Assembly: GCF_046119375.1 (NCBI RefSeq) | Contig: NW_027362773.1 | Coordinates: forward strand, 113,088,001-113,152,000 | Reading direction: 5' to 3' | Length of the DNA stretch: 64,000 bases | Origin: Phyllobates terribilis | Taxonomy: Eukaryota | Shown here: piece by piece, positions 63,301-64,000 of the stretch | Layout of the letters: each line of letters begins with the position of its first letter | How positions within the stretch are numbered: position 1 is the first letter of the stretch | The notes under the pieces: model-generated | Seen by the model: only the letters and a program-made list of their open reading frames with translations | Told to the model about the DNA's origin: nothing | The model's database searches: none | Translations under genes and position numbers: made by a program

Positions 63301-64000
63301 CATCGCTCCAATATTGTAAAAGGTTTCATGAAGCATGGTTTATCCCGGCATTGCGCATTGGTGCACTGTAAGAATGCCACAGGCATCTCTATCACACCAA
63401 TTGAATCCATTTCCCTTCATCTCCCAAACCCTATGGAAACCTTGAAGAGAAAATAAATATATTGGATATACAGGATCAGCACCCTTAAACCCTATGGACT
63501 CAATGAAATTACTGAGATTTTTATTTAATTATTTATTTTATTCTATTTTTAGCTCTGCACAGTCGTTGCTTAGGGTCACAGATCCTTTTTTTTATGTATT
63601 TTCTTAGGTACTTTTTCTGATTGTTATTTTAATATTAATTTTTATTAATATCCCCATTTTTAATTCTATATCACAATGTGTTTTATCCTAAACAATCAAT
63701 ATACACATGATCTTGGATCCAATTTATCCATTCTTGAAAATTCATTTTTATTTATTTTTTTTGTTTTTAGTTATTTCCTCCTTGTATTTATGAAAATTAT
63801 TATCCCCATTTCATTTTTCATCCCCCTTTTTAACTCTCCTGCACTCCAAACCGCAATCTTTACAACACTTTTGTCCTTTTTATTCATTTATAAGTATAGT
63901 TCCCTTTTCTGTATCACCTTCACCTCATCCACCTTGATGGCTCCTCTGTTAAATGTTGTCCTTCTGATGTCCATACACTGCCCCATCCCAGGTTCTAATC
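60365..64000 (+). mobile_element. Penelope-like element, copy 2 (GIY-YIG in ORF 62641-63456)
   Basis: Near-identical to 49514-54054 and interrupted by the same L2. Confidence 0.85.
60453..62685 (-). mobile_element. L2-clade LINE, copy 2 (lacks ~49745-50705 of copy 1)
   Basis: ORF 60516-61898 with YADD, same insertion site and GAAAAT TSD as copy 1. Confidence 0.9.

Larger units (their letters stand above)
49146..64000. repeat. Tandem segmental duplication, unit ~5.62 kb (copy 1 49146-54767; copy 2 from 54768 to beyond the window end)
   Basis: CAAACCCAAAAGATGGCTGATT at 49146 and 54768. Both copies have the same BEL / Penelope / L2 order. Window end 64000 corresponds to ~54054 in copy 1. Confidence 0.92.

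Overview
Vertebrate genomic DNA, most likely from a frog (inferred from the Xenopus-like BANF1 N-terminus MSSTSQKH...VQCLAG and amphibian-type MITE, SINE and Tc1 families). Three spliced host genes can be rebuilt by hand, none of them complete in the ORF track. BANF1 (+, CDS 3359-3484 and 4105-4251, 90 aa) lies downstream of a CpG-island promoter. A secreted cystatin E/M (CST6)-like gene (-, CDS 20305-20532, 10465-10572, 8505-8588, 139 aa) has altered inhibitory motifs. ZDHHC24 (+, CDS 34283-34530, 35257-35534, 44182-44495, 279 aa) has an intact DHHC motif. Most of the rest is transposon-derived: a Tf1/sushi-type chromovirus with a visible self-priming signal, two solo LTRs, five full-length Tc1 elements (one nested in another) plus a Tc1 fragment, hAT and TTAA-type non-autonomous elements (one a palindrome of about 3 kb), two V-SINEs, a BEL/Pao fragment, Penelope-like and L2 elements inside a tandem duplication of at least 5.6 kb, and a full-length L1. 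A 39-bp minisatellite of about 5.8 kb with higher-order structure explains the very long Cys-rich ORFs, which are artefacts. The most interesting observations are the divergent CST6-like protein, a hammerhead ribozyme core in sense orientation inside BANF1 intron 1, and the multi-hairpin palindromic hAT element. All alignments were done by eye and no database searches were run.
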